Shown: positions 13,009 to 26,400 of the stretch, piece after piece
Layout: every line of letters begins with the position of its first letter
How positions within the stretch are numbered: the stretch's first letter is position 1
Position numbers and translations under genes: made by a program
The notes under the pieces: generated by a model
What the model was told of the DNA's origin: nothing
Databases searched by the model: none
Seen by the model: the letters and a program-made list of their open reading frames with translations, nothing else
DNA from: Xylographa opegraphella
Lineage: Eukaryota
DNA length: 64,000 nt
Direction: 5' to 3'
Assembly: GCA_022813865.1 (NCBI GenBank)
Contig: JALDZX010000038.1
Coordinates: 124,001 to 188,000 of the forward strand

Positions 13009-13435
13009 GGGTAGGTGAGGTTTCGGTGAACTAAGCGGAGGCGTTAAGAGTATATCATGTTCTGGCGTCCATGTGACGCAAATTGGTCAGGCAACGAAAG
13101 CATTATTTGCTTCAAAGTGACATTAATATTCATCTGAGAAATGGATTGCTCCTACAAATGTGTTCCTGGGAAGTTGAGTTGACAGAGAATGCCAATCCCG
13201 TAATGCTTTAATACAGTGATGAGTTAGAATTCTCCCTTACGCGCTGCCTTATCTGTACATTACGTCGACGCCTGATGATACCCGCAACTTGAGTTCCATG
13301 CTTCGAAATTCCGCGTGTTGTCTGCAGCAGTGATTTCCGCCTCCCTCCTCTGCCGGCATGCATCAAGCATTGCTTGAATTATTAGACCTTGAAGGTTTTC
13401 TTGCGTCGGAGGCCCCAGCATGGACACTCTAAGCA

Positions 13436-15573
13436 TCATATTCCAGAATGAGATGCCGCAACCGAGGCCGCGTGTTCCAACCGCTTCCTCAGCTTCACCT
13501 GTTCCATATTCGCCCTTCGCGATAATGTTTTGTTCGTGGCCTGTACCATCTCCAATTGCTTCTGCTTCTCCTCGTCCGCAAAGAGCGTTTGGCCTTCTTT
13601 CCACTCTTTCCAGCCCGGCGCTTCCAAGCCTTGGGCGTCGAACTGCTCGTCGGGGATGATCTTCACGACTTTGACTTTCCACTTCCCGACTCGAAGGATT
13701 ATGAGACCGTCGTCGATGATATATTTTGATGTGTCTTCCGGTTTCCAGTTTGTGATGGGCGTGAAGCTCAAAGCATCCGTCATGCCTGACTTTGCGCCGC
13801 GGAGGCCGCCGACGTAGGCACCTCGATTGCTAGCCAGGCGATGGCCCTCGCTACGCGACGCAACCAGACCAGCAGCAAAAAGAACGCGTGCGATTGGTTG
13901 ATTGTGGACGAGGGAGTGGGGAAGGACGATGTTTGCAGTGGGGGCATTCATGGATGATATATGAGGTGCATTAGGATTTAGCGAGACGTTCAGGGGTGGT
14001 GCCCTGGGATCATCAATGGGTATTTCTTGTGGCGTTGAAACAGGACGGAATAACGTCTTGTGTTGAGTCTCTACATCGTCTGCTTCTTTGGTGCCATAGA
14101 TCATTTCGACAACTTCTCGAGCGAGTTGACGTTGTGCTAAACGCTTTGATGGCTCTCGCGCCTGGTCTGTCATGATTTTATCAACTTCGGGTAGTGGTAT
14201 GAAAGTGAAGAGACGAAGATATCGAGCCACGTCAGCGTCGGGTGTTCTCAAAAAGAACTTCGAAGTGTCAATATGAGACACGTAATAGTATTACTAAAAC
14301 TTACTTGGTAGAGCTCAAATGTACTAGTCATATCTTTGTCCAGCCATACGGCATTGCCAGCGCTCTTTCCAAACTTCTCCCCAGAAGCTGTTGTGAGTAG
14401 TGGCACTGTGAAGCCCATTGGCTTCATGAGAGGAAGTTCCTTCTCTTGGCGAACAGTAGGATCGTAATGGCTCTTTCTTATGTGATTGATAGCGTCGATG
14501 CCGGCAATAATATTGCCAAATTGGTCTGATCCTCCGATCTGGATTTGGATGTCTTTGGTGCGATACATGTGCCACCAGTCCCATGCTTGTAATAAAGGAT
14601 AGGTAAACTCCGAGAATGACATGCCGTCACCGCTACTCATCTTATTCTTGACACTGGCCGCCATTTCGTCAGCACGCAGTCTGCCTCCTCAAAATCCAGA
14701 AGACTCACTCACGTGTCCCGTCCTAGCATCGTACCTATCCGTGTCCCGGATCCCAAGACCTTGAGAACCTCAACGAGTGGTAGTGAGTTCATCCAGGTGT
14801 TATTGTTCACGAGCTCTCTACGCCAAGCCCATTCCCATTTGTAGCCGTGCTTAAAGCGAGCGTGGTGTTCCATATTAGCCCACAGCATCTTGAGCTGATA
14901 GTGCATGTTGACCATGTTTGCTTTGCGGACTGACGAGTGACTGGTCTCACGAGTTGTTGTCCTCCCAGTAGGGTCACCAACCTGAGCGGTGGCACCTCCA
15001 AGCTAGATCGTTGGTAACATTAGCTTCTGCGTAACAAAGGAATTAGGGGCATTCACCAATGTGACCGCGTGAAATCCACTGACGTACATCCAGAAAAGAG
15101 ACATTAAAGGTAGTAGATGTCCAACATGAAGAGATGGAGCTGTCGGATCAATCCCAACATAGGCGCCCACCCTTTTGTCGATCATCAGCTGATCTAGGTC
15201 GTCCCGCTCCCTGCGTAGAGGTTCAATAAGCTATATCGAGCAAGCGGTGATACATTCCAAGCATACCCAGCTGTGGAATTGACGTAGCCTCTCTTCTCAA
15301 GCACCGTCAGCATACTCTCCTTAGTCCCAGACCGAATCTCCTGCGCTTGCAGTTTCCACGCTTCCTTTGCCTCTGCTGTCTTCCGAAGCCAGTTCTGTCT
15401 TTGACTTATTAGTCGATTCTCCGCTGGACTCAAAGGAGTACGTACGAGATGCATCGACGTTGCAGGAACGCACTCGCCAGAACAGTCTTTTCACTCCATA
15501 GTCGACGACTGCAGGAGTTGCAGACAAACGGCAGATCCGAAGTCGACCATCGAGACAACATGCTTTTGGTCAT
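13436..15573 (-). CDS. cyt-18: Mitochondrial tyrosyl-tRNA synthetase (CYT-18 type), multi-exon
   Basis: [15 protein letters not shown] (HIGH), [21 protein letters not shown] (KMSKS), S4-like C-terminal domain [11 protein letters not shown]; basic N-terminus; start ATG at 15573 inferred. Confidence 0.9.
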
Positions 15574-15911
15574 CGCACTCGACAACAACGAGAAGCATCA
15601 GGACAATATCTAGGTATATAGTACTCCAAGCTCCCCTTGTCTACACAGCTTTTCCAGCCAGGATCAGGGGTCGACGACATATACCCGTCGATCTAACCAA
15701 ATTAGGGGTATGCCTCACTTAGTGCGGAGATTCGACCAGGATTCGACGGAATACATTACCATACATTCTTGACGGGGAAAGTCTAAAAACAATGCCTACA
15801 AATGATTTAAATGGCATGCCATTCCAGCTCAAGTTCGTCAGAGCTGCACAAGTAAGCCATTGCTGACCTTCATGATTGCCACCAGTCGGATTAATTGTAT
15901 ACCAGATGATT

Positions 15912-18715
15912 ATGTTCTCAAATGTCGTATGCTGGCCTCCCCTCGGGCAGACCACCGTCATACCTCACGGTCAGGCGGAGGTGGGTTTCCTGCTCGCTAA
16001 GCATTTCATCATTGTAACCATCATTTCTGATACACGTGAATACAGGCCAAGTTTCGTGTGCTGATCGAATCGAGTATCTCATTTCCTGAACAGGGGTGGG
16101 AAGCTGTTCTTTGGCACAATGGTAGTGAAGATGGCACCTGGGTTGCCCTGCCACTTGCGGAGGTAGACCAAAAATCAGAAGGAGCTCCAGTAAGACGGCC
16201 GAGATGATCCTTGATCGAATAGTGTATACTTATCTTTGGCATTATAGTTGGCCATCACCTCTCAAGGCCGCCCGAAAGTCTACCGTAGATATTTCACCGG
16301 CGAAATTTCCAAATCTAACGCCAAGTCGACTTCGGTTGAATTCACTTTAAAATTCCGGACAAATGCCAGTGCTGCTTGGAAATGGGTGAATGATCAGTCG
16401 AACCTCTCAAACGGAGAGCTTTTCTTTCAGTCTAATCGCCTTCCCAAGGCGCTGCACGACTGCTTTGGCAATTTTTCGCCCTCCTTTGATGTCCAGGGCC
16501 TCAAGAGTGAAGTCTCCGACACTTCTCTATGGTCGCTCACTCTGCCCATACCGGCTGCTGGCAAGGAGTCTGTTTTCTTAAATGAATCATTGGGCACACC
16601 GCTTGATTTCACACGATGGTTTGCGTTGATCAGGATCTGGAGCCCTTGGCTGGCACCGCGCCATGGCAAGACCAACTTTGAAATCAATGAAGACGCTATA
16701 TTGTGTTCGTTTCTTCGTCGTGACGGGGTTCATCTTGTGCTTCTGGCGGTCAGCGGGCTAGAGGACATACTTACCGTCTTCAAACATGACGGCAAAGGAG
16801 GCATTTTAGTTTCGTCCCGTAACGATGGTATCCATGCGGGCAAAGCGCAGCTGATTGCTGCAGTTGGCCGGACTTTCGAGACAGCCAATGCAGCCTGCAT
16901 GTACCAAGCGCGGAAGCTCGTCAGTGGCCCAGGATCGTTGAGTAAGGGACTTCAGGAAGCTCTGGATGAACCTGTCGACGAAGAAGCTAGAACACGCTGG
17001 ATGGAGAACTGGTACGATGGTTTGACGTATTGCACATGGAATGGACTGGGTCAGGATCTCAACGAGCAGAAAATATATAATGCTCTTGATACATTGGACA
17101 AAAATAATATCAAAATCACGAATCTCATTATTGATGACAACTGGCAATCATTGGATAATCCAGGTAAAGGGCAGTTCGAGCGGCGATGGACCGATTTCGA
17201 AGCAAACAAAGAGGGTTTTCCCAACGGACTGGCATACACTGTCACTACTATTCGAGACAACCACCCAAGCATCCAACATGTCGCAGTCTGGCATGCAATC
17301 CTCGGTTATTGGGGCGGCGTATCTCCGGATGGCAATATCGCAAAGAAGTATAAGACTAAGGTGGTCTCCCGCTCGCAGGGCCACGAGACTTTCATGCCAC
17401 CTGCCATCATTACCGTGGTTGATGCCGATGATGCACAACGGATGTATAATGACTTCTATCAATTCCTCATGTCATGCAGAATAGATTCTGTCAAGACCGA
17501 TGCCCAATTTTTTCTTGATCTACTGGAAAACGCGGAAGACCGTAGGCGCTTTATCGGAGCATATCAAGATGCCTGGACCATCAGCAGTCTTCGCTATTTC
17601 TCGGTCAAAGCCATCTCATGTATGTCTCAGACCCCTCAAATTCTGTTCCACACTCAGCTGCCAACGAGCAAACCTCGGCTCATGGTGCGGAATTCTGATG
17701 ATTTCTTCCCCGAAATTCCGACATCTCATCCCTGGCATATATTCATGAATGCTTACAATTCTCTTTTTACACAACATCTCAATATCCTTCCCGACTGGGA
17801 CATGTTTCAGACCTCGCACGAATACTCCTCTTTTCACGCCGCAGGACGATGTGTATCTGGAGGGCCAATCTACTTTACGGATGAGCCTGGCAAGCACGAT
17901 GTTGACTTGATCCACCAGATGAGTGGTGAGAATGTCCAAGGTAAGACAGTAATTTTACGGCCAAGCAACATCGGAAGTACGATAGCATCTGGAGTATACA
18001 CAGCGTATGAAGAGGAACGGCTGCTGAAGGTTGGCACCTATCATGGGAGCAAAGGGGTCGGCAGTGGCATTCTGGGCATCTTCAACGTCGTCCAAAAACC
18101 AATATCCGAATTTGTCATGCTCACTGAATTCCCCGGGCTAGAGGACGGCATGGAGTACCTGGTGCGCGCACATACAACGGGGGAGATTTCGAAACCTATG
18201 AGCAAGAACGACAACCTGCCTTGTGTTTCATTGGAGCTCCAAACCAAGAGCTGGGAAATCCTTTCGACCTTTCCTATACATCGTATCTCAATGCGGACCA
18301 GTGACGAATCGAAGTCACAGGACGTCAAGGTTTCCGTCTTAGGGTTGTTAGGCAAGATGACTGGCGCTGCAGCTATATTAGGGTCAGAGCTCAACGTTGA
18401 GCAAAATGGCAGACTGCATCTTTCCACGAGGTTGAAAGCCCTAGGTGTGCTTGGTACGTATTCTAGGTGTGATATACCTTGCGTTTTATGGTGCTAATTC
18501 AAGGCGCAGGTATCTATATTTCGGGTCTTTCTGGCAAATCAATCAAGGACGATTTCCTAATTACCATCTTGGGAAGCACTATCCCTGTACATACAGTATC
18601 CAAATCGACAATCTCGGAGAATATATTGCAGGTGGACGTGGAGCGCGCGTGGAAAGAAATGGGCCTCAACAGCGGTTGGCAAAACGAGGTTGCTGTCGAG
18701 GTCTTCATGGCCTAA
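15912..18715 (+). CDS. Glycoside hydrolase family 36, raffinose synthase/Sip1-like alpha-galactosidase
   Basis: YCTWNGLG, IIDDNWQ, AVWHAILGYWGG, SVKTDAQ, RNSDDFFP, PDWDMFQT, SGGPIYFTD; two short upstream exons from ATG 15912 (MFSNVVCWPPLGQ); last intron about 18454-18509. Confidence 0.9.
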
Positions 18716-19612
18716 AAGTAGCTTGCTATGAGTGCAACGTGACACGAATTATGGCGACAAGCATGATTGGCATTAGGCTCAAGCTGTGGATACACTCGGT
18801 CACCACAGCATTTGTATATAACGGAAATGTCCATGTTTGACACGAGTTTCTTCTATATTGTTTGGTCGTGTGTCAACATCATCTGAGCGCAGGCGGCAAC
18901 TCGCAGACGTTGGTGTGCCAAAGGTAGCAACTGCCCAGAAACGGGTGTCAACCTTTTCCATATCAGGATGTGAAAAGCAGCGGCTCAGTTCCGAAACGCA
19001 TTTGAAAACAACCACATAAGCGCTTCGTTCTTGGTGGTCGCCGGCACGGCGTCCTGCGTAGTGCCGCACTGTGGGTCATTGACTCTACAAATACTGCATC
19101 ACAAACCGTGAAGCTCAACCAACAGTAAGATTGGAAGGAGCTTGACGACTGCGGTGGCCAGGAACGACGCGTGGATGAAAAGTAGAAACGATGAAATGGT
19201 CACCTTATTGGGCTGTAGCCGGGCGGCCCTTGTCGCGCCTTATCCGCCCTGGCATGACGGATGAAGCTTAGTCTAGTCTTGGAGGGCGACTGAGGAAGCT
19301 TCGGGCAATAATGGTGAACATGCGAGCTACGACTCTCCTGCGGTGTCAATTGTGACTGCTTGCCTCCGGCAAAGATATCTGGGCTGCGTCAAGCTTGGTC
19401 AGTCTGATTGGTGTCAACTTCATTTCACAAACCCAATCCCTATTTAGTGCCACTCCGCTCTTACGAACCCCTGCGTTTTGCTTCCTCTCACGCCCATGTC
19501 TTGAGTACGTTGCATTCGGCACAACCTTTGGTTTGACCATCCAGTATAATCTTTCCCTTGGGTAGATTGGCTTCTCAATAATCAGTATCGATCTTCAATC
19601 CATCTTCCCACG

Positions 19613-21997
19613 ATGAAGGCCTCTCCTCTTCTCATTTCGTGGCATAACGACAATGCTCCAATCTATTCAACACATTTCGAGCCTCATGGGAAGGGGCGAT
19701 TGGCCACCAGTGGAGGCGACAACAATGTGAGGCTGTGGAAAGTTGAAGTCGAAGGAGAAGACAGAAAGATCACATACTTAACGACATTGATGAAGGTATG
19801 GTTCAAATGCACGTTCTCGGATGTCGTTTCTGATTCCTTTCCAAAGCATACGCAAGCAGTCAATGTCGTCCGATTTGCGCCGAAAGGTGAGGCAGCTCCT
19901 CAGATATTGTACACTTCCGATTTTGACGTGTTTAAGGGGAAATGCTCGCCACTGCTGGAGACGATGGAAATGTCTTGCTCTGGGTGCCTTCCGAAACCCA
20001 GAACCATACCCCGTCCTTCGGGGAAGATGGGCTTGAGGACAAGGAAACATGGAGGGTGAAGCACATGTGTCGGTCTTTTGGTTCGGAGATCTATGATCTT
20101 GCCTGGTCACCGGACGGCGTCTTTTTCATAACTGGCAGCATGGATAATATTGCTCGCATCTACAACGCTCAGACTGGTAAGGCTACCACGTCCTTGTCAT
20201 TGGTGATTTTGAATGTACTGAGAATTTCAAGGACAAATGGTCAGACAAATAGCAGAGCATAATCACTATGTTCAAGGCGTCGCCTGGGATCCTCTAAACG
20301 AGTTCGTGGCAACTCAATCTTCGGACCGTTCGGTCCACATCTACAACTTGAAGACCAAAGACGGCCAATTCACGCTCAATCAGCACAATAAAGTAACCAA
20401 AATGGATTTACCAGGAAGAAGAATTTCGTCTAGCAGTCCAGCACCACCAGATTTGGGATTGAGACCGTACACAATTCCAGACAGCTCGACCCTTGCACCA
20501 GGCTCTCCTGCACCGTCGGCATCCATTCCCGGGACGCCCACATCCTTGGCCCTACCTATGAATCCTCCAGCCATATCACACAGTCGTCGTTCTTCCTTCG
20601 GGTCATCGCCATCTATACGAAGATCTTGCTCTCCAGCACCATCTATGCCCCTTCCAGCCGTACGGCCAATGGAGAATTCGCCTAATCCTTATGGAGGCCT
20701 CGGTGTGAAGAACGCCAACATATACGCGAATGAAACATATACTTCGTTCTTCCGGAGATTGACCTTTGCTCCTGATGGCAGTCTCCTATTTACTCCAGCG
20801 GGCCAATACAAGACTTCTCAGCCATCCGCAGTTGAAGGCGGTAAATCGACAGATGATGTGATCAATACTGTTTATATATATTCTCGCGCAGGCTTCAATA
20901 AGCCTCCAATAGCACATCTACCTGGACACAAGAAACCGTCTATAGCTGTGAAGTGCTCTCCTGTTTATTACACGCACCGTCCTACCTCCAAACCAACTGT
21001 GCAGATTACGATGGATACATCATCTGCTGATGAAGCGATCCCCGCTCTTCCCGATCCAATGGTTCCTACTACGGCTCCTACGTCTCGCTCAGCTATGGAG
21101 CCGCCTCCTTCAGCGATAATCATGCCATCCCCAAGCGACATTCATCGACCAACATCTGCGCCCAGGGAGCCAGAGCCCAGCGCGAACACTCCCGGACCCA
21201 TACCTGCCTTCGCCTTACCATATCGAATAGTGTATGCCGTGGCGACTCAAGATGCTATCCTTGTCTATGACACGCAACAGCAAACACCTTTGTGCGTCGT
21301 CAGTAATCTTCATTTTGCCACTTTCACCGACTTGACCTGGTAAGTTGTCAGATTCAAAAGTCTTCCAAGACATACTAATATGTTAACAAGGTCAAATGAT
21401 GGATTGACTCTATTGATGAGTTCGTCTGATGGCTTTTGCTCAAGTATCAGTTTTTTGCCTAGTGAACTTGGGCAGATTTATACCGGTCCTGTCCCTACCG
21501 CCCATCATCCTCATCATCCTTCACTCGCAATATCTGTCTCAAATTCTGCTCAGCCGTCACCAGTTCCCACACCCACAAACGCCTCCACCCCCAACCTCAG
21601 CAAAGCGGCTGCAGGGCTCTCGGTGGCTGCGACTCCTTTGCCTGCTGCACGACCTGCAAGTCCGAGTAGATCGAATTCCACATCGTCCATTGCCACTCAG
21701 TCGTCGTTCGCCCAGACGCCTGCGGGGCTGATCGCTAGCAACCCAACTCCTACTTTGGGCAACGTCCCCAGCGTTGCTGCGGCCAACTCTACGGTGCCAA
21801 TGCTGCCGCTGTCGACACCCCCAATGACTCCGATGTCGACTGCCAGCGCAGCAAGCTCTGTCGCCGGGAGCATGCTGGGCAAGAGAGACACTGGTGGCAT
21901 GAGCGAGTCAGATCTCGAAGAAACCAAGAACCCTGCCAAGAAGAGGAGGATTGCCCCGACGCCGGTGTCGAATGACGAGCCCGCTATTGGATCCTAG
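19613..21997 (+). CDS. CAC2: Chromatin assembly factor 1 subunit B (p60, WD40), 5 exons
   Basis: RLATSGGDNNVRLW, HTQAVNVVRFAP, EIYDLAWSPDG, HNHYVQGVAWDP, SFFRRLTFAPDG and C-terminal KKRRIAPT (B-domain-like). Confidence 0.93.
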
Positions 21998-23064
21998 GGA
22001 ACATATTTGCATGTAAAATTTGATGCTATTGTTTGATCTTCCGAGCGAGTTTGCTGGGGTATGCGATGGCGATTTCCGGACTCGGAACGAGTTCCCCTCA
22101 GCGCGGCGCTTGGATATATTTCACTCGGAGTCATGGAGCCGGCGGTGTATGGTCGATCATTGCGATTCTTGTGTGGAATGTTGCGAACGTTGATATGATA
22201 CCAGTCACAGTGCTCGCGACCAAAAGTGGCGTGGGTTGGCGTGGGAGACGATAAGGTGTGTACAGGCGGTGCTGGAGAGAACACAGATGCACTTTTAGTG
22301 CCTGGGCGTGGTTTCGTGGGCGGTGCTTGCTGAGGTATGCTTCTGCGTGCATCTACTGTATCTACTGCGAGAGTCGTATCCGACACATCTGGCTTGCGTG
22401 GTGCAGTCTTGCGTGACTAGCCAAAGCCACGCATGTACGTGTTCGCAGCAGCGACCATCGGTTCCCATCCCCGGCGCTCGAACGAGCCAGCCTTGTTCCC
22501 TCTCCGGCGAAAAGTCCGTCGTGACGCCCCGCCCTTCCAACCAGCCCGCCATTGCTCCGTCCATCCACCCCGTCCTCCCATTCCGCCTCCATCCAACGCC
22601 CCCCCTCCCCCTGTGAGAAATACCCCCCCCACTCACCGACCCCCCATCCCGCAGCCCTACTACTCAGACCCCCCCACACCCACACCACCCGCTCGACCAC
22701 GCACCTCGCTCCACCGTCGCCTACTACGAAGTCCCGTGCGCGGAACCCCGAGCCTGCTTTGGTATTGCGCAGGCAGCAACGGCTCTTGCGTCTCTCGTCT
22801 TCAGCTAGTTCCTCACCGCAGCTGGAGGCGGTGTTCTCGTCAGAGGCAGTGTTGTATGCTTGGCGGGGTTGCGGGTTGTGGTTTGTGGCTCTGTAGCTGA
22901 GTCAACATGGGTTTTGCGGCCCTATGGTCGTGGGACGCGGTGGTGCGGCGTGAGGGGGGTTTTCCGGGGTCGGGCTCAGGTGTTGTCTCTGGGTCGAGTC
23001 GGGGATAGGGTGTGGGGCTAGGGTTGGGGAATCGATGCTAGGGTGGGGGGTGGTTAGAGGTGGC

Positions 23065-23190
23065 GGGAGTGGGAGTGGGAGTGGGAGTGGGAGTGGGAGT
23101 GGGAGTGGGAGTGGGAGTGGGAGTGAGAGTGGGAGTGGGAGTGGGAGTGGGAGTGGGAGTGGGAGTGGGAGTGGGAGTGGGAGTGGGAGT
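23065..23190. repeat. (GGGAGT)21 hexanucleotide microsatellite
   Basis: 126 bp, 21 units, one GAGAGT variant. Confidence 0.95.
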
Positions 23191-23490
23191 GAGCGCCTGG
23201 ACTGGTTTATGGGGGCGCGTGGGGGTCGTCTGAGTTGATGATTCAGTGGAGAGTGTGAGGGACGTACAAGCAAGGCCGTGTGGTATTATGAAATCACGGG
23301 TCCCCGTGAGAAATAGCAAAGCAGCCGAACAAAGGCTGAAGAAGTACGGAAGAACAAATCATTATCTCCAGTAGGAGACCCCCAAAGCCCCATGAACGCC
23401 CTGTCTATGCAGCTACCGGTACTCTAGCACGCCCCAATCATAGCAAACGTCCGATGTAAACCCAACCCAAGAGATCCTGCTCCCACAATG

Positions 23491-26400
23491 CTAGCTACTC
23501 CCATCCCCGTTATCGCTACTGACTTTTGTGCTTCCGCTCCCACTGGGACTTTTACTGCTTCCCTCTCCGTTCCCCAGGATGATATGTTCCAGTTGCTCTT
23601 TCTCGCCGCTCTGCCCGACCATCTCGAAGAACTGTCCTTGCTTCTCGTACAGCTCCCTCGGACTACCATACTCCAATGCACGTCCCTCACTCATCACGAG
23701 GATGCGGTCGAAATCGGCAATCGTGCTCAGTCGATGAGCGATGACAAGCAGTGTACTGTCGCCGAACTCTTCTCTGATGCTTCTTTGGATCAGCACGTCA
23801 GTCGCCATGTCCACCGCAGATGTGGCTTCGTCGAGGACCATGATCTTTGGATGTGAGACAATGGCACGTGCAAGACACAGAAGCTGTCGTTGACCTTGGG
23901 AGAGGTTTAAACCCCCTTCGCTGATCTTTGACGACAGCGAATTGAAAATGTTGGTGTTTGTGTCCGCAGCGGTAGGAGTAGCACTACCGCTTCCACTCGC
24001 TTCGGCCAACTCGTCACGGCTGATGAGGCCGGTTCCTCGAATAAGATGTACCCGTTCCAGAGCGTCGCGTAGCTCAGCGTCTGTATGCTCATCGAAGGCA
24101 TCAAGATTTGAACGTACAGTCCCAGAGAAGAGGACAGGATCTTGAGGTATGATTGCAAGACGACTGCGGAGATCATGAAGCGTTATTTTGGAAACGTCGA
24201 TGCCGTCAATGATGATAGTGCCTTCCCGAGCTTCCAAGAATCGGAAAAGCGCCAGCGTGAGCGACGATTTACCTGCGCCCGTACGCCCAACCACTCCAAC
24301 GCGTTGGTTCTTTTTAGCAGTGAATGATAGACCTTTCAGCACCGGAGGAAGGTCTGATGCATATCCAGCGACGAGACCCTGAACCTCCAGTCGTCCTTCG
24401 GTAGGCCAGGCAGCTGGAGCTTCGACGCCGCTCTGGTCCTCGGTTGCGATTCGGGTATATTCAACGATACGTTCCACGGCATTCATGTTCATCTCGAGAT
24501 TAGCATATGATCTTAATACCCAGATGATTGCACCGGTGTATTGAAGAGCAAAGGCCAAGGCAAAACCTGCGAGGGATGCATCGATCGTCCTATTTGAGAC
24601 TATGATACCTGCAACGAGTACTGCGAACGATGCTCCAACAACACTTAGACGGAAGCCCATCCAACGGTTGAACAGCCACATGTACCAGAACGCTCGAGAA
24701 TGGTTATCTATTTTTTTGTACATCCTGAAACATATTGGTCAGCGTCATAACAATATTACCAAGCATGTCTGACAGTACAACTATCAAGAGTGCGACAACG
24801 GAATTACATACCTTTCGATATACTCTTCTGTCTTATCAAATGCTCTAATTGTACCAACCCCAGCAAGTGCGGAGCCAAATTGCTCGAATATAGGACTCTT
24901 CGCATTACTCTCAAGGCGTTTAACCTCTCGCGCTCCCGTGAGATATCGGATAGCAACGAAGAATGCTATGCCCATCAAAGCAAAGGCAAATATGAGAACA
25001 AACGGAGAAACGATGAAGCCCGCAACCATAATGCCAAACAATTCTAGCACCTGGTAACAAAAGAATCCCATGTCGTTTGCTATTCTGGAATCCAGCACGT
25101 TGAAGTCTGCCGTGAACCGATTCAGGACCCGGCCGACGGGGACAGTATCCAGCCATCTCAATGGAGCTCTAAGAACGGTGTAGGAAAGCTTCTCGAACAT
25201 GATCCGCGATGCTCTAATAGCGGCTATAAAGGTGATGAAAAATCTCAATGTGCCGATAACCACGATTGTAACAGACAAACCAACATAGATCCCGAGATAG
25301 TACCAAGTATTACCGCTCGAGGTCACCTGGGCTTCAAAGTCCGAGGATTCTTGATGGGGTATTTGTTGGTAGAAGTGATGTTGAGCAAAAAGAGACTCAG
25401 TATTGTATGACCGCGTCCATAGGCTGACCCACCACGACTGTAACATGTTAGCCAACCGTTTCTTTCCACTAAAAGTATAAAGTTATGCGGTGCGGGCTCG
25501 ACAGGTAACAAAGTGCTTCTGGTTTCTGGATATGAAACCCTTTGAAGTCTGGACTGGATTGATACGTACTCTTCCCAAGATCAGGCTCATATAGCCTACG
25601 AATAGCAGTGCCAGTGGTAGCCACATCTTTAGTCCTCCACTTTGTGTGATATACTCCTTGTAGAGGTCTATTTTGATAGACCCAGTCTCCCGTTTCTCGT
25701 CTTCCGTAAACTTCTTTGCCTGTAACTTCCCTTTGCCATCCGCTCCTCCATCGTCAACTATTGCAGAGCGTCGACTCACGACCTTGGACAGCGTTTCACC
25801 TTTGTCGTTATCCTCTTCAATGAGTTCTTCCTTCTCTGCATTTTCAAGCTCTTCGCTCTCCTCGCGCTTCAGTATTTGTGCCATACTCCCAGTCCGTTGC
25901 AAGTCTTCCACAAGTCCAGCATGTTCCACGGTTCCTTCTCCGAGCGAGACGGTATATTTTGTCTTGGGCAGGCACAGGCCTACATGGTGAGTGACAAGAA
26001 TGCGCGTTCTACCGGCACCCAATTCGCCTGTGAGCGCTTCCTCGAATAATTGCCGCCCAACATGAGCATCAAGAGCACTGAAAATATCATCCAAAACCAA
26101 TATCCCTGCTCTTGAATAAAGTGCACGTGCGAAAGATACGCGCCACCGCTGACCTCCGCTGAGATTAATGCCATTGGCACCTATATCGGTCATTTCACCG
26201 TCCGGGAGCATGTCAAGATCCTTCTCCAACGCGCATACGGAGAGCACTTTGTTGTAGCGACCTGCATCGAATGGTAGCCCAAACAAGATGTTGTCCTTGA
26301 TGGTGGCGTTCTCGATCCAAGGTATTTGTGCGACAAAGGCAATCGAGGAGTCGAGTATCCAATTACCTTTCGTAGCCTTGTGGTCGAATCGCTCTTCCAC

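Noticed and set aside
22902..23319. ORFs with (LP)n, (GS)n and (PT)n runs
   Set aside because: Direct translations of the GGGAGT microsatellite
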